Shown here piece by piece: positions 1 to 14,300 of a stretch of 64,000 bases of DNA. The stretch comes from Eledone cirrhosa (Eukaryota), in the NCBI GenBank assembly GCA_964016885.1, contig OZ024740.1, positions 25,048,001 to 25,112,000 on the forward strand. The letters run 5' to 3'. Below the pieces are notes generated by a model. That model worked only from the letters and a program-made list of their open reading frames with translations. It did no database searches and was not told the DNA's origin. A program made the translations under genes and the position numbers. Within the stretch, counting starts at the first letter, position 1; every line of letters begins with the position of its first letter.

Positions 1-3000
1 TGAGTGTATGTTGTGTGTGTGTAGCGTGTTTATTGTGTGTGTAGGGTATATGCTGTGTGTGTAGGGTGTATGTTGTGTGTGTGTAGGGTGTATGTTGTGT
101 GTGTGTAGGGTGTATGTTGTGTGTGTATGGTGTATGTTGTGTGTGTGTAGGGTGTATGTTGTGTGTGTAGGGTGTATGTTGTGTGTGTGTAGGGTGTATG
201 TTGTGTGTGTAGGGTGTATGTTGAGTGTGTGTAGGGTGTATGTTGTGTGTGTAGGGTGTAAGTTGTGTGTGTAGGGTGTATGTTGTGTGTGTGTTGGGTG
301 TATGTTGTGTGTGTAGGGTATATGTTGTGTGTGTAGGGTGTATGTTGTTTGTGTGTAGGGTGTATGTTGTGTGTGTGTTGGGCGTATGTCGTGTGTGTAG
401 TGTGTATGTTGTGTGTGTGTTGGGTGTATGTTGTGTGTGTAGGGTGTATGTTATGTGTGTAGGGTGTATGTTGTGTGTGTAAGGTGTATGTTGTGTGTGT
501 GTAGGGTGTATGTTGTGTGTGTAGGGTGTATGTTGTGTGTGTAGGGTGTATGTTGTGTGTGTGTTGGGTGTATGTTGTGTATGTAGAGTATATGGTGTGT
601 GTAGGGTTTATGTTGTGTGTGTGTAGGGTGAATGTTGTGTGTGTGTAGGCTGTATGTTGTGTGTGGAGGGTATATGTTGTGTGTGTGTAGGTTGTATGTT
701 GTGTGTAGCGTGTATGTTGTGTGTGTAGGGTGTATTTTATGTGTGTTTACAGTGTATGTTGCGTGTGTGTAGGGTATATGTTGTGTGTGTGTAGGGTGTA
801 TGTTATGTGTGTAGGGTGTATGTTGTGTGTGTAGGGTGTATGTTGTGTGTGTTTACAGTGTATGTTGTGTGTGTGTAGGGTATATGTTGTGTGTGTGTAG
901 GGCGTATGTTGTGTGTGTAGGGTATATGTTGTGTGTGTGTAGGGTATATGTTGTGTGTAGGGTGTATGTTGTGTGTGTGTAGGGTGTATGTTGTGTGTGT
1001 AGGGTGAATGTTGTGTGTGTGTAGGGTGTATGTTGTGTGTGTAGGGTGTATGTTGTGTGTGTGTAGGGTGATTGTTGTGTGTGTGTAGGGCGTATGTTGT
1101 GTGTGTAGGGTTTATGTTGTGTGCGTGTAGGGTGTATGTTGTGTGTGTAGGGTGTATGTTGTGTGTGTGTAGGGTGTATGTTGTGTGTGTGTGTGTAGGG
1201 CGTATGTTTTGTGTGTAGGGCGTATGTTGTGTGTGTAGGGTGTATGTTGTGTGTGTGTAGGGTGTATGTGGTGTGTGTAGGGTGTATGTTGTGTGTGTAG
1301 GGTGTATGTTGTGTGTGTAGGGTGTATGTTGTGTGTGTGTAGGGTGCATGTTGTGTGTGTAGGGTGTATGTTGTGTGTGTAGGGTGTATGTTGTGTGTGT
1401 GTAGGGTGTATGTTGTGTGTGTAGGGTGTATGTTGTGTGTGTGTAGGGTGTATGTTGTGTGTGTGTAGGGCGTATGTTGTGTGTGTAGGGCGTATGTTGT
1501 GTGTGTAGGGTGTATGTTGTGTGTGTAGGTGTATGTTGTGTGTGTAGGGTGTATGTTGTGTGTGTGTAGGGTGTATGTTGTGTGTGTAGGGTGTACGTCG
1601 TGTGTTTAGGGTGTATGTTGTGTGTGTATGGGCTATGTTGTGTGTGTAGGGTGTATGTCGTGTGTGTAGGGTGTATGTTGTGTGTGTAGGGTGTATGTTG
1701 TGTGTGTGTAGGGTGTATGTTGTGTGTGTATGGGCTATGTTGTGTGTGTAGGGTGTATGTTGTGTGTGTGTAGTGTGTATGTTGTGTGTGTAGGGTATAT
1801 GTTGTGTGTGTGTAGGGTGTATGTTGTTTGTGTAGAGTGTATGTTGTGTGTGTAGGGTGTATATTGTGTGTGTGTAGGGTGTATGCTGTGTTTGTGTAGG
1901 GTAACTGTTGTGTGTGTGTCGGGTGTATGTTGTGTGTGTACTGTGTATGTTGTGTGTGTGTAGAGGGTATGTCGTGTGTGTGTAGGGTGTATGTTGTATG
2001 TGTAGGGTGTATGTTGTGTGTGTGTAGGGTGTATGTCGTGTGTGTGTAGGGTGTATGTTGTGTGTGTGTAGGGTGTATGATGTGTGTATGTAGGGTGTAT
2101 GTTGTGTGTGTGTAGGGTAAATGTTGTGTGTGTGTAGGGTGTATGTTGTGTGTGTGTAGGGTGTATGATGTGTTTGTGTAGGGTGTATATTGAGCTTGTC
2201 GGGTGTATGTTGTGTGTGTGTACTGTGTATGTTGTGTGTGTAGGGTGTATGTCGTGTGTGTGTAGGGTGTATGTTGTGTGTGTGTAATGTGTATGTTGTG
2301 TGTGTAGGATATATGTTGTGTGTGTAGTGTGTAAGTTGTGTGTGTGTAGGTTGTATGTTGTATGTATGTAGGGTGTATGTTCTGTGTGTGTAGGGTGTAT
2401 GTTGTGTGTATGTAGGCTGTATGTTGTGTGTGTAGGGTTTATGTTGTGTGTGTAGGGTGTATGTTGTGTGTGTAGGATATATGTTGTGTGTGGTGGGTGT
2501 ATGTTGTGTGTGTGTAGGGTGTATGTTGTGTGTGTAGGGTGTATGTTGTGTGTGTAGGGTGTATGTTGTGTTTGTGTAGGGTGTATATTGTGTGTGTGTA
2601 GGGTGTATGTTGTGTGTGTGTAGGGTATATGTTGTGTGTGTGTAGGGTGTATGTTGTGTTTGTGTAGGGTGTATGTTGTGTTTGTGTAGGGTGTATGTTG
2701 TGTGTGTAGGGTGTATGTTGTGTGTGTGTAGGGTGTATGTTGTGTGTGTAGGGTGTATGTTGTGTGTGTGTAGGGTGTATGTTGTGTGTGTGTAGGGCGT
2801 ATGTTGTGTGTGTAGGGTTTATGTTGTGTGCGTGTAGGGTGTATGTTGGGTGTGTAGGGTGTATGTTGTGTGTGTGTAGGGTGTATGTTGTGTGTGTGTT
2901 TGTAGGGCATATGTTTTGTGTGTAGGTCGTATGTTGTGTGTGTAGGGTGTATGTGGTGTGTGTAGGGTGTATGTGGTGTGTGTAGGGTGTATGTTGTGTG

Positions 3001-6000
3001 TGTAGGGTGTATGTTGTGTGTGTAGGGTGTATGTTGTGTGTGTGTAGGGTGCATGTTGTGTGTGTAGGGTGTATGTTGTGTGTGTGTAGGGTGTATGTTG
3101 TGTGGGTGTAGGGCGTATGTTGTGTGGATAGGGCGTATGTTGTGTGTGTAGGGTGTATGTTGTGTGTGTGTAGGGTGTATGTTGTGTGTGTAGGGTGTAT
3201 GTTGTGTGTGTGTAGGGTGTATGTTGTGTGTGTAGGGTGTATGTTGTGTGTGTGTAGGGTGTATGTTGTGTGTGTAGGGTGTATGTTGTTTGTGTGTAGG
3301 GTGTATGTTGTGTGTGTGTAGGGCGTATGTTGTGTTTGTAGGGCGTATGTTGTGTGTGTAGGGTGTATGTTGTGTGTGTAGGTGTATGTTGTGTGTGTAG
3401 GGTGTATGTTGTGTGTGTGTAGGGTGTATGTTGTGTGTGTAGGGTGTATGTCGTGTGTTTAGGGTGTATGTTGTGTGTGTATGGGCTCTGTTGTGTGTGT
3501 ACGGTGTATGTCGTGTGTGTGTAGGGTGTATGTTGTGTGTGTGTAGGGTTTATGTTGTGTGTGTAGGGTGTATGTTGTGTGTGTGTAGGGTGTATGTTGT
3601 GTGTTTAGGGTGTATGTTGTGTATGTATGGGCTATGTTGTGTGTGTAGGGTGTATGTTGTGTGTGTGTAGTGTGTATGTTGTGTGTGTAGGGTATATGTT
3701 GTGTGTGTGTAGGGTGTATGTTGTTTGTGTAGGGTGTATGTTGTGTGTGTAGGGTGTATATTGTGTGTGTGTAGGGTGTATGCTGTGTTTGTGTAGTGTA
3801 ACTGTTGTGTGTGTGTCGGGTGTATGTTGTGTGTGTGTACTGTGTATGTTGTGTGTGTGTAGAGGGTATGTCGTGTGTGTGTAGGGTGTATGTTGTATGT
3901 GTAGGGTGTATGTTGTGTGTGTGTAGGGTGTATGTCGTGTGTGTGTAGGGTGTATGTTGTGTGTGTGTAGGGTGTATGATGTGTGTATGTAGGGTGTATG
4001 TTGTGTGTGTGTAGGATAAATGTTGTGTGTGTGTAGGGTGTATGTTGTGTGTGTGTAAGGTGTATGATGTGTTTGTGTAGGGTGTATGTTGCGCTTGTCG
4101 GGTGTATGTTGTGTGTGTGTACTGTGTATGTTGTGTGTGTAGGGTGTATATCGTGTGTGTGTAGGGTGTATGTTGTGTGTGTGTAATGTGTATGTTGTGT
4201 GTGTAGGATATATGTTGTGTGTGTAGTGTGTATGTTGTGTGTGTGTAGGTTGTATGTTGTATGTATGTAGGGTGTATGTTGTGTGTGTGTAGGGTGTATG
4301 TTGTGTGTATGTAGGCTGTATGTTGTGTGTGTAGGGTTTATGTTGTGTGTGTAGGGTGTATGTTGTGTGTTTAGGATATATGTTGTGTGTGGTGGGTGTA
4401 TGTTGTGTGTGTGTAGGGTGTATGTTGTGTGTGTAGGGTGTATGTTGTGTGTGTAGGGTGTATGTTGTGTGGTGTAGGGTGTATATTGTGTGTGTGTAGG
4501 GTGTATGTTGTGTGTGTAAGGGTGTATGTTGTGTGTGTAGGGTGTATGTTGTGTGTGTGTAGGGTGTATGTTGTATGTGTGTAGTGTGTATGTTGTGTTC
4601 GTGTAGGATATATGTTGTGTGTGTGTAGGGTGTATGTTGTGTGTGTGTGGGGTGTAGGTTGTGTGTGTAGGGTGTATATTGTGTGTGTAAGGTGTATGTT
4701 GTGTTTGTGTAGGTTGTATGTTGTGTGTGTGTGGGGTGCATGTTGTGTGTGTAGGGCTTATGTTGTGTGTGTGTAGTGTGTATGTTGTGTTTGCATGGTG
4801 TATGTTGTGTGTGTGTAGGGTGTATGTTGTGTGTGTGTAGGGTGTATGTTGTGTGTGTAGGGTATATGCTGTGTGTGTAGGGTGTATGTTGTGTGTGTGT
4901 AGGTTGTATGTTGTGTGTGTGTAGGGTGTATGTTGTGTGTGTAGGGTGTATGTTGTGTGTGTAGGGTGCATGTTGTGTGTGTAGGGTGTGTTGTGTGTGT
5001 GTAGGCTGTTTGTTGTGTGTGTAGGGTGTATGTTGTGTGTGTAGGGGATATGGTGTGTGTGTGTAGGGTGTAAGTTGTGCGTGTGTAGGGTGTTAGTTGT
5101 GTGTGTGTAGGGTGTATGTTGTGTGTGTGTAGGGTGTATGTTGTGTGTGTAGGGTGTATGTTGTGTGTGTGTTGGGTGTATGTTGTGTTTGTGTAGGGTG
5201 TATGTTGTGCGTGTAGGGTGTATGTTGTGTGTGTAGGGTGTATGTTGTGTGTGTAGGGTGTATGTTGTGTGTGTGTAGGGTGTATGTTGTGTGTGTAGGG
5301 TGTATGTTGAGTGTGTGTAGGGTGTATGTTGTGTGTGTAGGGTGTAAGTTGTGTGTGTAGGGTGTATGTTGTGTGTGTGTTGGGTGTATGTTGTGTGTGT
5401 AGTGTGTATGTTATGTGTGTAGTGTGTATGTTGTGTGTGTAGGGTGTATGTTGAGTGTGTGTAGGGTGTGTGTTGTGTGTGTAGGGTGTATGTTGTGTGT
5501 GTGTTGGGTGTATGTTGTGTATGTAGAGTATATGTTGTGTGTGTAGGCTGTATGTTGTGTGTGTGTAGGGTGTATGTTGTGTGTGTGTAGGCTGTATGTT
5601 GTGTGTGTAGGGTATATGTTGTGTGTGTGTAGGTTGTATGTTGTGTGTTTAGCGTGTATGTTGTGTGTAGGGTGTATTTTGTGTGTGTTTACAGTGTATG
5701 TTGTGTGTGTGTAGGGTGTATGTTGTGTGTGTGTAGGCTGTATGTTGTGAGTGTAGGGTATATGTTGTGTGTGTGTAGGTTGTATGTTGTGTGTGTAGGG
5801 TGTATGTTGTGTGTGTAGGGTGTATTTTGTGTGTGTTTACAGTGTATGTTGTGTGTGTGTAGGGTATATGTTGTGTGTGTGTAGGGCGTATGTTGTGTGT
5901 GTAGGGTATATGTTGTGTGTAGGGTGTATGTTGTGTGTGTGTAGGGTGTATGTTGTGTGTGTAGGATGTATGTTGTGTGTGTGTAGGGTGTATGTTGTGT

Positions 6001-8300
6001 GCGTAGGGTGTATGTTGTGTGTGTGTAGGGTGTATGTTGTGTGTGTGTAGGGCGTATGTTGTGTGTGTAGGGTGTATGTTGTGTGTGTGAAGGGTGTATG
6101 TTGTGTGTGTAGGGTGTGTGTTGTGTGTGTGTAGGGTGCATGTTGTGTGTGTAGGGTGTATGTTGTGTGTGTGTAGGGTGTATGTTGTGTGTGTGTAGGG
6201 CGTATGTTGTGTGTGTAGGGTGTATGTTGTGTGTGTGTAGGGTGTATGTTGTGTGTGTAGGGTGTATGTGGTGTGTGTGTAGGGTGTATGTTGTGTGTGT
6301 AGGGTGTATGTTGTGTGTGTGTAGGGTGTATGTTGTGTGTGTAGGGTGTATGTTGTGTGTGTGTAGGGTGTATGTTGTGTGTGTGTGGGGCGTATGTTGT
6401 GTGTGTAGGGCGTATGTTGTGTGTGTAGGGTGTATGTTGGGTGTGTAGGGTGTATGTTGTGTGTGTAGGGTGTATGTTGTGTGTGTGTAGGGTGTATGTT
6501 GTGTGTGTAGGGTGTATGTTGTGTGTTTAGTGTGTATGTTGTGTGTGTAGGGGCTATGTTGTGTGTGTAGGGTGTATGTCGTGTGTGTGTAGGATGTATG
6601 TTGTGTGTGTAGGGTGTATGCTGTGTGTGTGTAGGGTTTATGTTGTGTGTGTAGGGTGTATGTTGTGTGTGTGTGTAGGGTGTATGTTGTGTGTGGTGTG
6701 TAGGGTGTACGTTGTGTGTGTAGGGGCTATGTTGTGTGTGTAGGGTGTATGTCGTGTGTGTGTAGGGTGTATGTTGTGTGTGTAGGGTGTATGTTGTGTG
6801 TGTGTGTGTGGGGTGTATGTTGTGTGTGTAGGGTGTATATTGCGTGTGTAAGGTGTATGTTGTGTGTGTAGGTTGTATGTTGTGTGTGTGTAGGGTGTAT
6901 GTTGTGTGTGTGTAGGGTGTATGTTGTGTGTGTAGGGTATATGCTGTGTGTGTAGGGTGTATGTTGTGTGTGTGTAGGGTGTATGTTGTGTGTGTGTAGG
7001 GTGTATGTTGTGTGTGTAGGGTGTATGTTGTGTGTGTAGGGGATATGGTGTGTGTAGGATGTATGTTGTGCGTGTGTAGGATGTTAGTTGTGTGTGTGTA
7101 GGGTGTATGTTGTGTGTGTAGGATGTGTGTCTGTGTGTGTAGGGTGTATGTTCTGTGTGTGTAGGGTGTATGTTGTGTGTGTAGGGGGTATGTTGTGTGT
7201 GTGTTGGGTGTATGTTGTGTGTGTGTAGCGTGTTTATTGTGTGTGTAGGGTATATGCTGTGTGTGTAGGGTGTATGTTGTGTGTGTGTAGGGTGTATGTT
7301 GTGTGTGTGTAGGGTGTATGTTGCGTGTGTATGGTGTATGTTGTGTGTGTGTAGGGTGTATGTTGTGTGTGTAGGGTGTATGTTGTGTGTGTAGGGTGTA
7401 TGTTGTGTGTGTAGGGTGTATGTTGTGTGTGTGTAGGGTGTATGTTGTGTGTGTAGGGTGTATGTTGAGTGTGTGTAGGGTGTATGTTGTGTGTGTAGGG
7501 TATAAGTTGTGTGTGTAGGGTGTATGTTGTGTGTGTGTTGGGTGTATGTTGTGTGTGTAGGGTATATGTTGTGTGTGTAGGGTGTATGTTGTTTGTGTGT
7601 AGGGTGTATGTTGTGTGTGTGTTGGGCGTATGTTGTGTGTGTAGTGTGTATGTTGTGTGTGTGTTGGGTGTATGTTGTGTGTGTAGGGTGTATGTTATGT
7701 GTGTAGGGTGTATGTTGTGTGTGTAGGGTGTATGTTGTGTGTGTGTAGGGTGTCTGTTGTGTGTGTAGGGTGTAAGTTGTGTGTAGGGTGTATGTTGTGT
7801 GTGTGTTGGGTGTATGTTGTGTATGTAGAGTATATGTTGTGTGTGTAGGGTGTATGTTGTGTGTGTGTAGGGTGAATGTTGTGTGTGTGTAGGCTGTATG
7901 TTGTGTGTGTAGGGTATATGTTGTGTGTGTGTAGGTTGTATGTTGTGTGTGTAGGGTGTATGTTGTGTGTGTAGGGTGTATTTTGTGTGTGTTTACAGTG
8001 TATGTTGTGTGTGTGTAGGGTATATGTTGTGTGTGTAGGGTGTATGTTATGTGTGTAGGGTGTATGTTGTGTGTGTAGGGTGTATGTTGTGTGTGTTTAC
8101 GGTGTGTGTTGTGTGTGTGTAGGGTATATGTTGTGTGTGTGTAGGGCGTATGTTGTGTGTGTAGGGTATATGTTGTGTGTGTGTAGGGTATATGTTGTGT
8201 GTAGGGTGTATGTTGTGTGTGTGTAGGGTGTATGTTGTGTGTGTAGGGTGTATGTTGTGTGTGTGTAGGGTGTATGTTGTGTGTGTAGGGTGTATGTTGT
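1..8300 (+). repeat. Variant-rich (diverged) satellite domain, left
   Basis: Dense diagnostic variants: tttacagtg (747, 5689, 7993), tatgggctatg (~1627, ~1729, ~3627), gcgcttgtcggg (4091), ttgcatgg (4791), ggggatatgg (~5044, ~7039). Confidence 0.75.
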
Positions 8301-11300
8301 GTGTGTGTAGGGTGTATGTTGTGTGTGTGTAGGGCGTAAGTTGTGTGTGTAGGGTTTATGTTGTGTGCGTGTAGGGTGTATCTTGTGTGTGTAGGGTGTA
8401 TGTTGTGTGTGTGTAGGGTGTATGTTGTGTGTGTGTGTGTAGGGCGTATGTTTTGTGTGTAGGGCGTATGTTGTGTGTGTAGGGTGTATGTTGTGTGTGT
8501 GTAGGGTGTATGTGGTGTGTGTAGGGTGTATGTTGTGTGTGTAGGGTGTATGTTGTGTGTGTAGGGTGTATGTTGTGTGTGTGTAGGGTGCATGTTGTGT
8601 GTGTAGGTTGTATGTTGTGTGTGTGTAGGGTGTATGTTGTGTGAGTGTAGGGCGTATGTTGTGTGTGTGTAGGGTGTATGTTGTGTGTGTAGGGTGTATG
8701 TTGTGTGTGTGTAGGGTGTATGTTGTGTGTGTGTAGGGCGTATGTTGTGTGTGTAGGGCGTATGTTGTGTGTGTAGGGTGTATGTTGTGGGTGTAGGGTG
8801 TATGTTGTGTGTGTGTAGGGTGTATGTTGTGTGTGTAGGGTGTATGTTGTGTGTGTGTAGGGTGTATGTTGTGTGTGTGTAGGGCGTATGTTGTGTGTGT
8901 AGGGTTTATGTTGTGTGCGTGTAAGGTGTATGTTGTGTGTGTAGGGTGTATGTTGTGTGTGTGTAGGGTGTATGTTGTGTGTGTGTGTGTAGGGCGTATG
9001 TTTTGTGTGTAGGGCGTATGTTGTGTGTGTAGGGTGTATGTTGTGTGTGTGTAGGGTGTATGTGGTGTGTGTAGGGTGTATGTTGTGTGTGTAGGGCGTA
9101 TGTTGTGTGTGTAGGGTGTATGTTGTGTGTGTAGGGTGTATGTTGTGTGTGTGTAGGGTGTATGTTGTGTGTGTAGGGTGTATGTTGTGTGTGTGTAGGG
9201 TGTATGTTGTGTGTGTGTAGGGCGTATGTTGTGTGTGTAGGGTGTATGTTGTGTGTGTAGGGTGTATGTTGTGTGTGTGTAGGGTGCATGTTGTGTGTGT
9301 AGGGTGTATGTTGTGTGTGTGTAGGGTGTATGTTGTGTGAGTGTAGGGCGTATGTTGTGTGTGTGTAGGGTGTATGTTGTGTGTGTAGGGTGTATGTTGT
9401 GTGTGTGTAGGGTGTATGTTGTGTGTGTGTAGGGCGTATGTTGTGTGTGTAGGGCGTATGTTGTGTGTGTAGGGTGTATGTTGTGTGTGTAGGGTGTATG
9501 TTGTGTGTGTGTAGGGTGTATGTTGTGTGTGTAGGGTGTATGTTGTGTGTGTGTAGGGTGTATGTTGTGTGTGTGTAGGGCGTATGTTGTGTGTGTAGGG
9601 TTTATGTTGTGTGCGTGTAGGGTGTATGTTGTGTGTGTAGGGTGTATGTTGTGTGTGTGTAGGGTGTATGTTGTGTGTGTATGTGTAAGGCGTATGTTTT
9701 GTGTGAAGGGCGTATGTTGTGTGTGTAGGGTGTATGTTGTGTGTGTGTAGGGTGTATGTGGTGTGTGTAGGGTGTATGTTGTGTGTGTAGGGTGTATGTT
9801 GTGTGTGTAGGGTGTATGTTGTGTGTGTGTAGGGTGCATGTTGTGTGTGTAGGGTGTATGTTGTGTGTGTGTAGGGTGTATGTCGTGTGAGTGTTGGGCG
9901 TATGTTGTGTGTGTGTAGGGTGTATGTTGTGTGTGTAGGGTGTATGTTGTGTGTGTGTAGGGTGTATGTGGTGTGTGTAGGGTGTATGTTGTGTGTGTAG
10001 GGTGTATGTTGTGTGTGTAGGGTGTATGTTGTGTGTGTGTAGGGTGCATGTTGTGTGTATAGGGTGTATGTTGTGTGTGTGTAGGGTGTATGTTGTGTGA
10101 GTGTAGGGCGTACGTTGTGTGTGTGTAGGGTGTATGTTGTGTGTGTAGGGTGTATGTTGTGTGTGTGTAGGGTGTATGTTGTGTGTGTGTAGGGCGTATG
10201 TTGTGTGTGTAGGGCGTATGTTGTGTGTGTAGGGTGTATGTTGTGTGTGTAGGGTGTATGTTGTGTGTGTGTAGGGTGTATGTTGTGTGTGTAGGGTGTA
10301 TGTTGTGTGTGTGTAGGGTGTATGTTGTGTGTGTGTAGGGCGTATGTTGTGTGTGTAGGGTGCATGTCGTGTGTTTAGGGTGTATGTTGTGTGTGTATGG
10401 GCTATGTTGTGTGTGTAGGGTGTATGTCGTGTGTGTGTAGGGTGTATGTTGTGTGTGTAGGGTGTATGTTGCGTGTGTAGGGTGTATGTTGTGTGTGTAG
10501 GGTGTATGTTGTGTGTGTGTAGGGTGTATGTTGTGTGTGTAGGGTGTATGTTGAGTGTGTGTAGGGTGTATGTTGTGTGTGTAGGGTGTAAGTTGTGTGT
10601 GTAGGGTGTATGTTGTGTGTGTGTTGGGTGTATGTTGTGTGTGTAGGGTGTATGTTGTTTGTGTGTAGGGTGTATGTTGTGTGTGTGTTGGGCGTATGTT
10701 GTGTGTGTAGTGTGTATGTTGTGTGTGTGTTGGGTGTATGTTGTGTGTGTAGGGTGTATGTTATGTGTGTAGGGTGTATGTTGTGTGTGTAGGGTGTATG
10801 TTGTGTGTGTGTAGGGTGTATGTTGTGTGTGTGTGGGGTGTATGTTGTGTGTGTAGGGTGTATGTTGTGTGTGTAGGGTGTAAGTTGTGTGTGTAGGGTG
10901 TATGTTGTGTGTGTGTTGGGTGTATGTTGTGTATGTAGAGTATATGTTGTGTGTGTAGGGTGTATGTTGTGTGTGTGTAGGGTGAATGTTGTGTGTGTGT
11001 AGGCTGTATGTTGTGTGTGTAGGGTATATGTTGTGTGTGTGTAGGTTGTATGTTGTGTGTGTAGGGTGTATGTTGTGTGTGTAGGGTGTATTTTGTGTGT
11101 CTTTACAGTGTATGTTGTGTGTGTGTAGGGTATATGTTGTGTGTGTAGGGTGTATGTCATGTGTGTAGGGTGTATGTTGTGTGTGTTGGGTGTATGTTGT
11201 GTGTGTTTACAGTGTATGTTGTGTGTGTGTAGGGTATATGTTGTGTGTGTGTAGGGCGTATGTTGTGTGTGTAGGGTATATGTTGTGTGTGTGTAGGGTA

Positions 11301-14300
11301 TATGTTGTGTGTAGGGTGTATGTTGTGTGTGTGTAGGGTGTATGTTGTGTGTGTAGGGTGTATGTTGTGTGTGTGTAGGGTGTATGTTGTGTGTGTAGGG
11401 TGTATGTTGTGTGTGTGTAGGGTGTATGTTGTGTGTGTGTAGGGCGTATGTTGTGTGTGTAGGGTTTATGTTGTGTGCGTGTAGGGTGTATGTTGTGTGT
11501 GTAGGGTGTATGTTGTGTGTGTGTAGGGTATATGTTGTGTATGTGTGTGTAGGGCGTATGTTTTGTGTGTAGGGCGTATGTTGTGTGTGTAGGGTGTATG
11601 TTGTGTGTGTGTAGGGTGTATGTGGTGTGTGTAGGGTGTATGTTGTGTGTGTAGGGTGTATGTTGTGTGTGTAGGGTGTATGTTGTGTGTGTGTAGGGTG
11701 CATGTTGTGTGTGTAGGGTGTATGTTGTGTGTGTGTAGGGTGTATGTTGTGTGAATGTAGGGCGTATGTTGTGTGTGTGTAGGGTGTATGTTGTGTGTGT
11801 AGGGTGTATGTTGTGTGTGTGTAGGGTGTATGTTGTGTGTGTGTAGGGCGTATGTTGTGTGTGTAGGGCGTATGTTGTGTGTGTAGGGTGTATGTTGTGT
11901 GTGTAGGGTGTATGTTGTGTGTGTGTAGGGTGTATGTTGTGTGTGTAGGGTGTATGTTGTGTGTGTGTAGGCTGTATGTTGTGTGTGTGTAGGGCGTATG
12001 TTGTGTGTGTAGGGTTTATGTTGTGTGCGTGTAGGGTGTATGTTGTGTGTGTAGGGTGTATGTTGTGTGTGTGTGTGTAGGGCGTATGTTTTGTGTGTAG
12101 GGCGTATGTTGTGTGTGTAGGGTGTATGTTGTGTGTGTGTAGGGTGTATGTGGTGTGTGTAGGGTGTATGTTGTGTGTGTAAGGTGTATGTTGTGTGTGT
12201 AGGGTGTATGTTGTGTGTGTGTAGGGTGCATGTTGTGTGTGTAGGGTGTATGTTGTGTGTGTGTAGGGTGTATGTTGTGTGAGTGTAGGGCGTATGTTGT
12301 GTGTGTCTAGGGTGTATGTTGTGTGTGTAGGGTGTATGTTGTGTGTGTGTAGGGTGTATGTTGTGTGTGTGTAGGGCGTATGTTGTGTGTGTAGGGCGTA
12401 TGTTGTGTGTGTAGGGTGTATGTTGTGTGTGTAGGGTGTATGTTGTGTGTGTGTAGGGTGTATGTTGCGTGTGTGTAGGGTGCATGTTGTGTGTGTAGGG
12501 TGTATGTTGTGTGTGTGTAGGGTGTATGTTGTGTGAGTGTAGGGCGTATGTTGTGTGTGTGTAGCGTGTATGTTGTGTGTGTAGGGTGTATGTTGTGTGT
12601 GTGTAGGGTGTATGTTGTGTGTGTGTAGGGCGTATGTTGTGTGTGTAGGGCGTATGTTGTGTGTGTAGGGTGTATGTTGTGTGTGTAGGGTGTATGTTGT
12701 GTGTGTGTAGGGTGTATGTTGTGTGTGTAGGGTGTATGTTGTGTGTGTGTAGGGTGTATGTTGTGTGTGTGTAGGGCGTATGTTGTGTGTGTGTAGGGTG
12801 TATGTTGTGTGTGTGTGTGTAGGGCGTATGTTTTGTGTGTAGGGCGTATGTTGTGTGTGTAGGGTGTATGTTGTGTGTGTGTAGGGTGTATGTGGTGTGT
12901 GTAGGGTGTATGTTGTGTGTGTAGGGTGTATGTTGTGTGTGTAGGGTGTATGTTGTGTGTGTGTAGGGTGCATGTTGTGTGTGTAGGGTGTATGTTGTGT
13001 GTGTGTAGGGTGTATGTTGTGTGAGTGTAGGGCGTATGTTGTGTGTGTGTAGGGTGTATGTTGTGTGTGTAGGGTGTATGTTGTGTGTGTGTAGGGTGTA
13101 TGTTGTGTGTGTGTAGGGCGTATGTTGTGTGTGTAGGGCGTATGTTGTGTGTGTAGGGTGTATGTTGTGTGTGTAGGGTGTATGTTGTGTGTGTGTAGGG
13201 TGTATGTTGTGTGTGTAGGGTGTATGTTGTGTGTGTGTAGGCTGTATGTTGTGTGTGTGTAGGGCGTATGTTGTGTGTGTAGGGTTTATGTTGTGTGCGT
13301 GTAGGGTGTATGTTGTGTGTGTAGGGTGTATGTTGTGTGTGTGTAGGGTGTATGTTGTGTGTGTGTGTGTAGGGCGTATGTTTTGTGTGTAGGGCGTATG
13401 TTGTTTGTGTAGGGTGTATGTTGTGTGTGTGTAGGGTGTATGTGGTGTGTGTAGGGTGTATGTTGTGTGTGTAGGGTGTATGTTGTGTGTGTAGGGTGTA
13501 TGTTGTGTGTGTGTAGGGTGCATGTTGTGTGTGTAGGGTGTATGTTGTGTGTGTGTAGGGTGTATGTTGTGTGAGTGTAGGGCGTATGTTGTGTGTGTGT
13601 AGGGTGTATGTTGTGTGTGTAGGGTGTATGTTGTGTGTGTGTAGGGTGTATGTTGTGTGTGTGTAGGGCGTATGTTGTGTGTGTAGGGCGTATGTTGTGT
13701 GTGTAGGGTGTATGTTGTGTGTGTAGGGTGTATGTTGTGTGTGTGTAGGGTGTATGTTGTGTGTGTGTAGGGTGCATGTTGTGTGTGTAGGGTGTATGTT
13801 GTGTGTGTGTAGGGTGTATGTTGTGTGAGTGTAGGGCGTATGTTGTGTGTGTGTAGCGTGTATGTTGTGTGTGTAGGGTGTATGTTGTGTGTGTGTAGGG
13901 TGTATGTTGTGTGTGTGTAGGGCGTATGTTGTGTGTGTAGGGCGTATGTTGTGTGTGTAGGGTGTATGTTGTGTGTGTAGGGTGTATGTTGTGTGTGTGT
14001 AGGGTGTATGTTGTGTGTGTAGGGTGTATGTTGTGTGTGTGTAGGGTGTATGTTGTGTGTGTGTAGGGCGTATGTTGTGTGTGTAGGGTTTATGTTGTGT
14101 GCGTGTAGGGTGTATGTTGTGTGTGTAGGGTGTATGTTGTGTGTGTGTAGGGTGTATGTTGTGTGTGTGTAGGGCGTATGTTTTGTGTGTAGGGCGTATG
14201 TTGTGTGTGTAGGGTGTATGTTGTGTGTATGTAGGGTGTATGTGGTGTGTGTAGGGTGTATGTTGTGTGTGTAGGGTGTATGTTGTGTGTGTAGGGTGTA

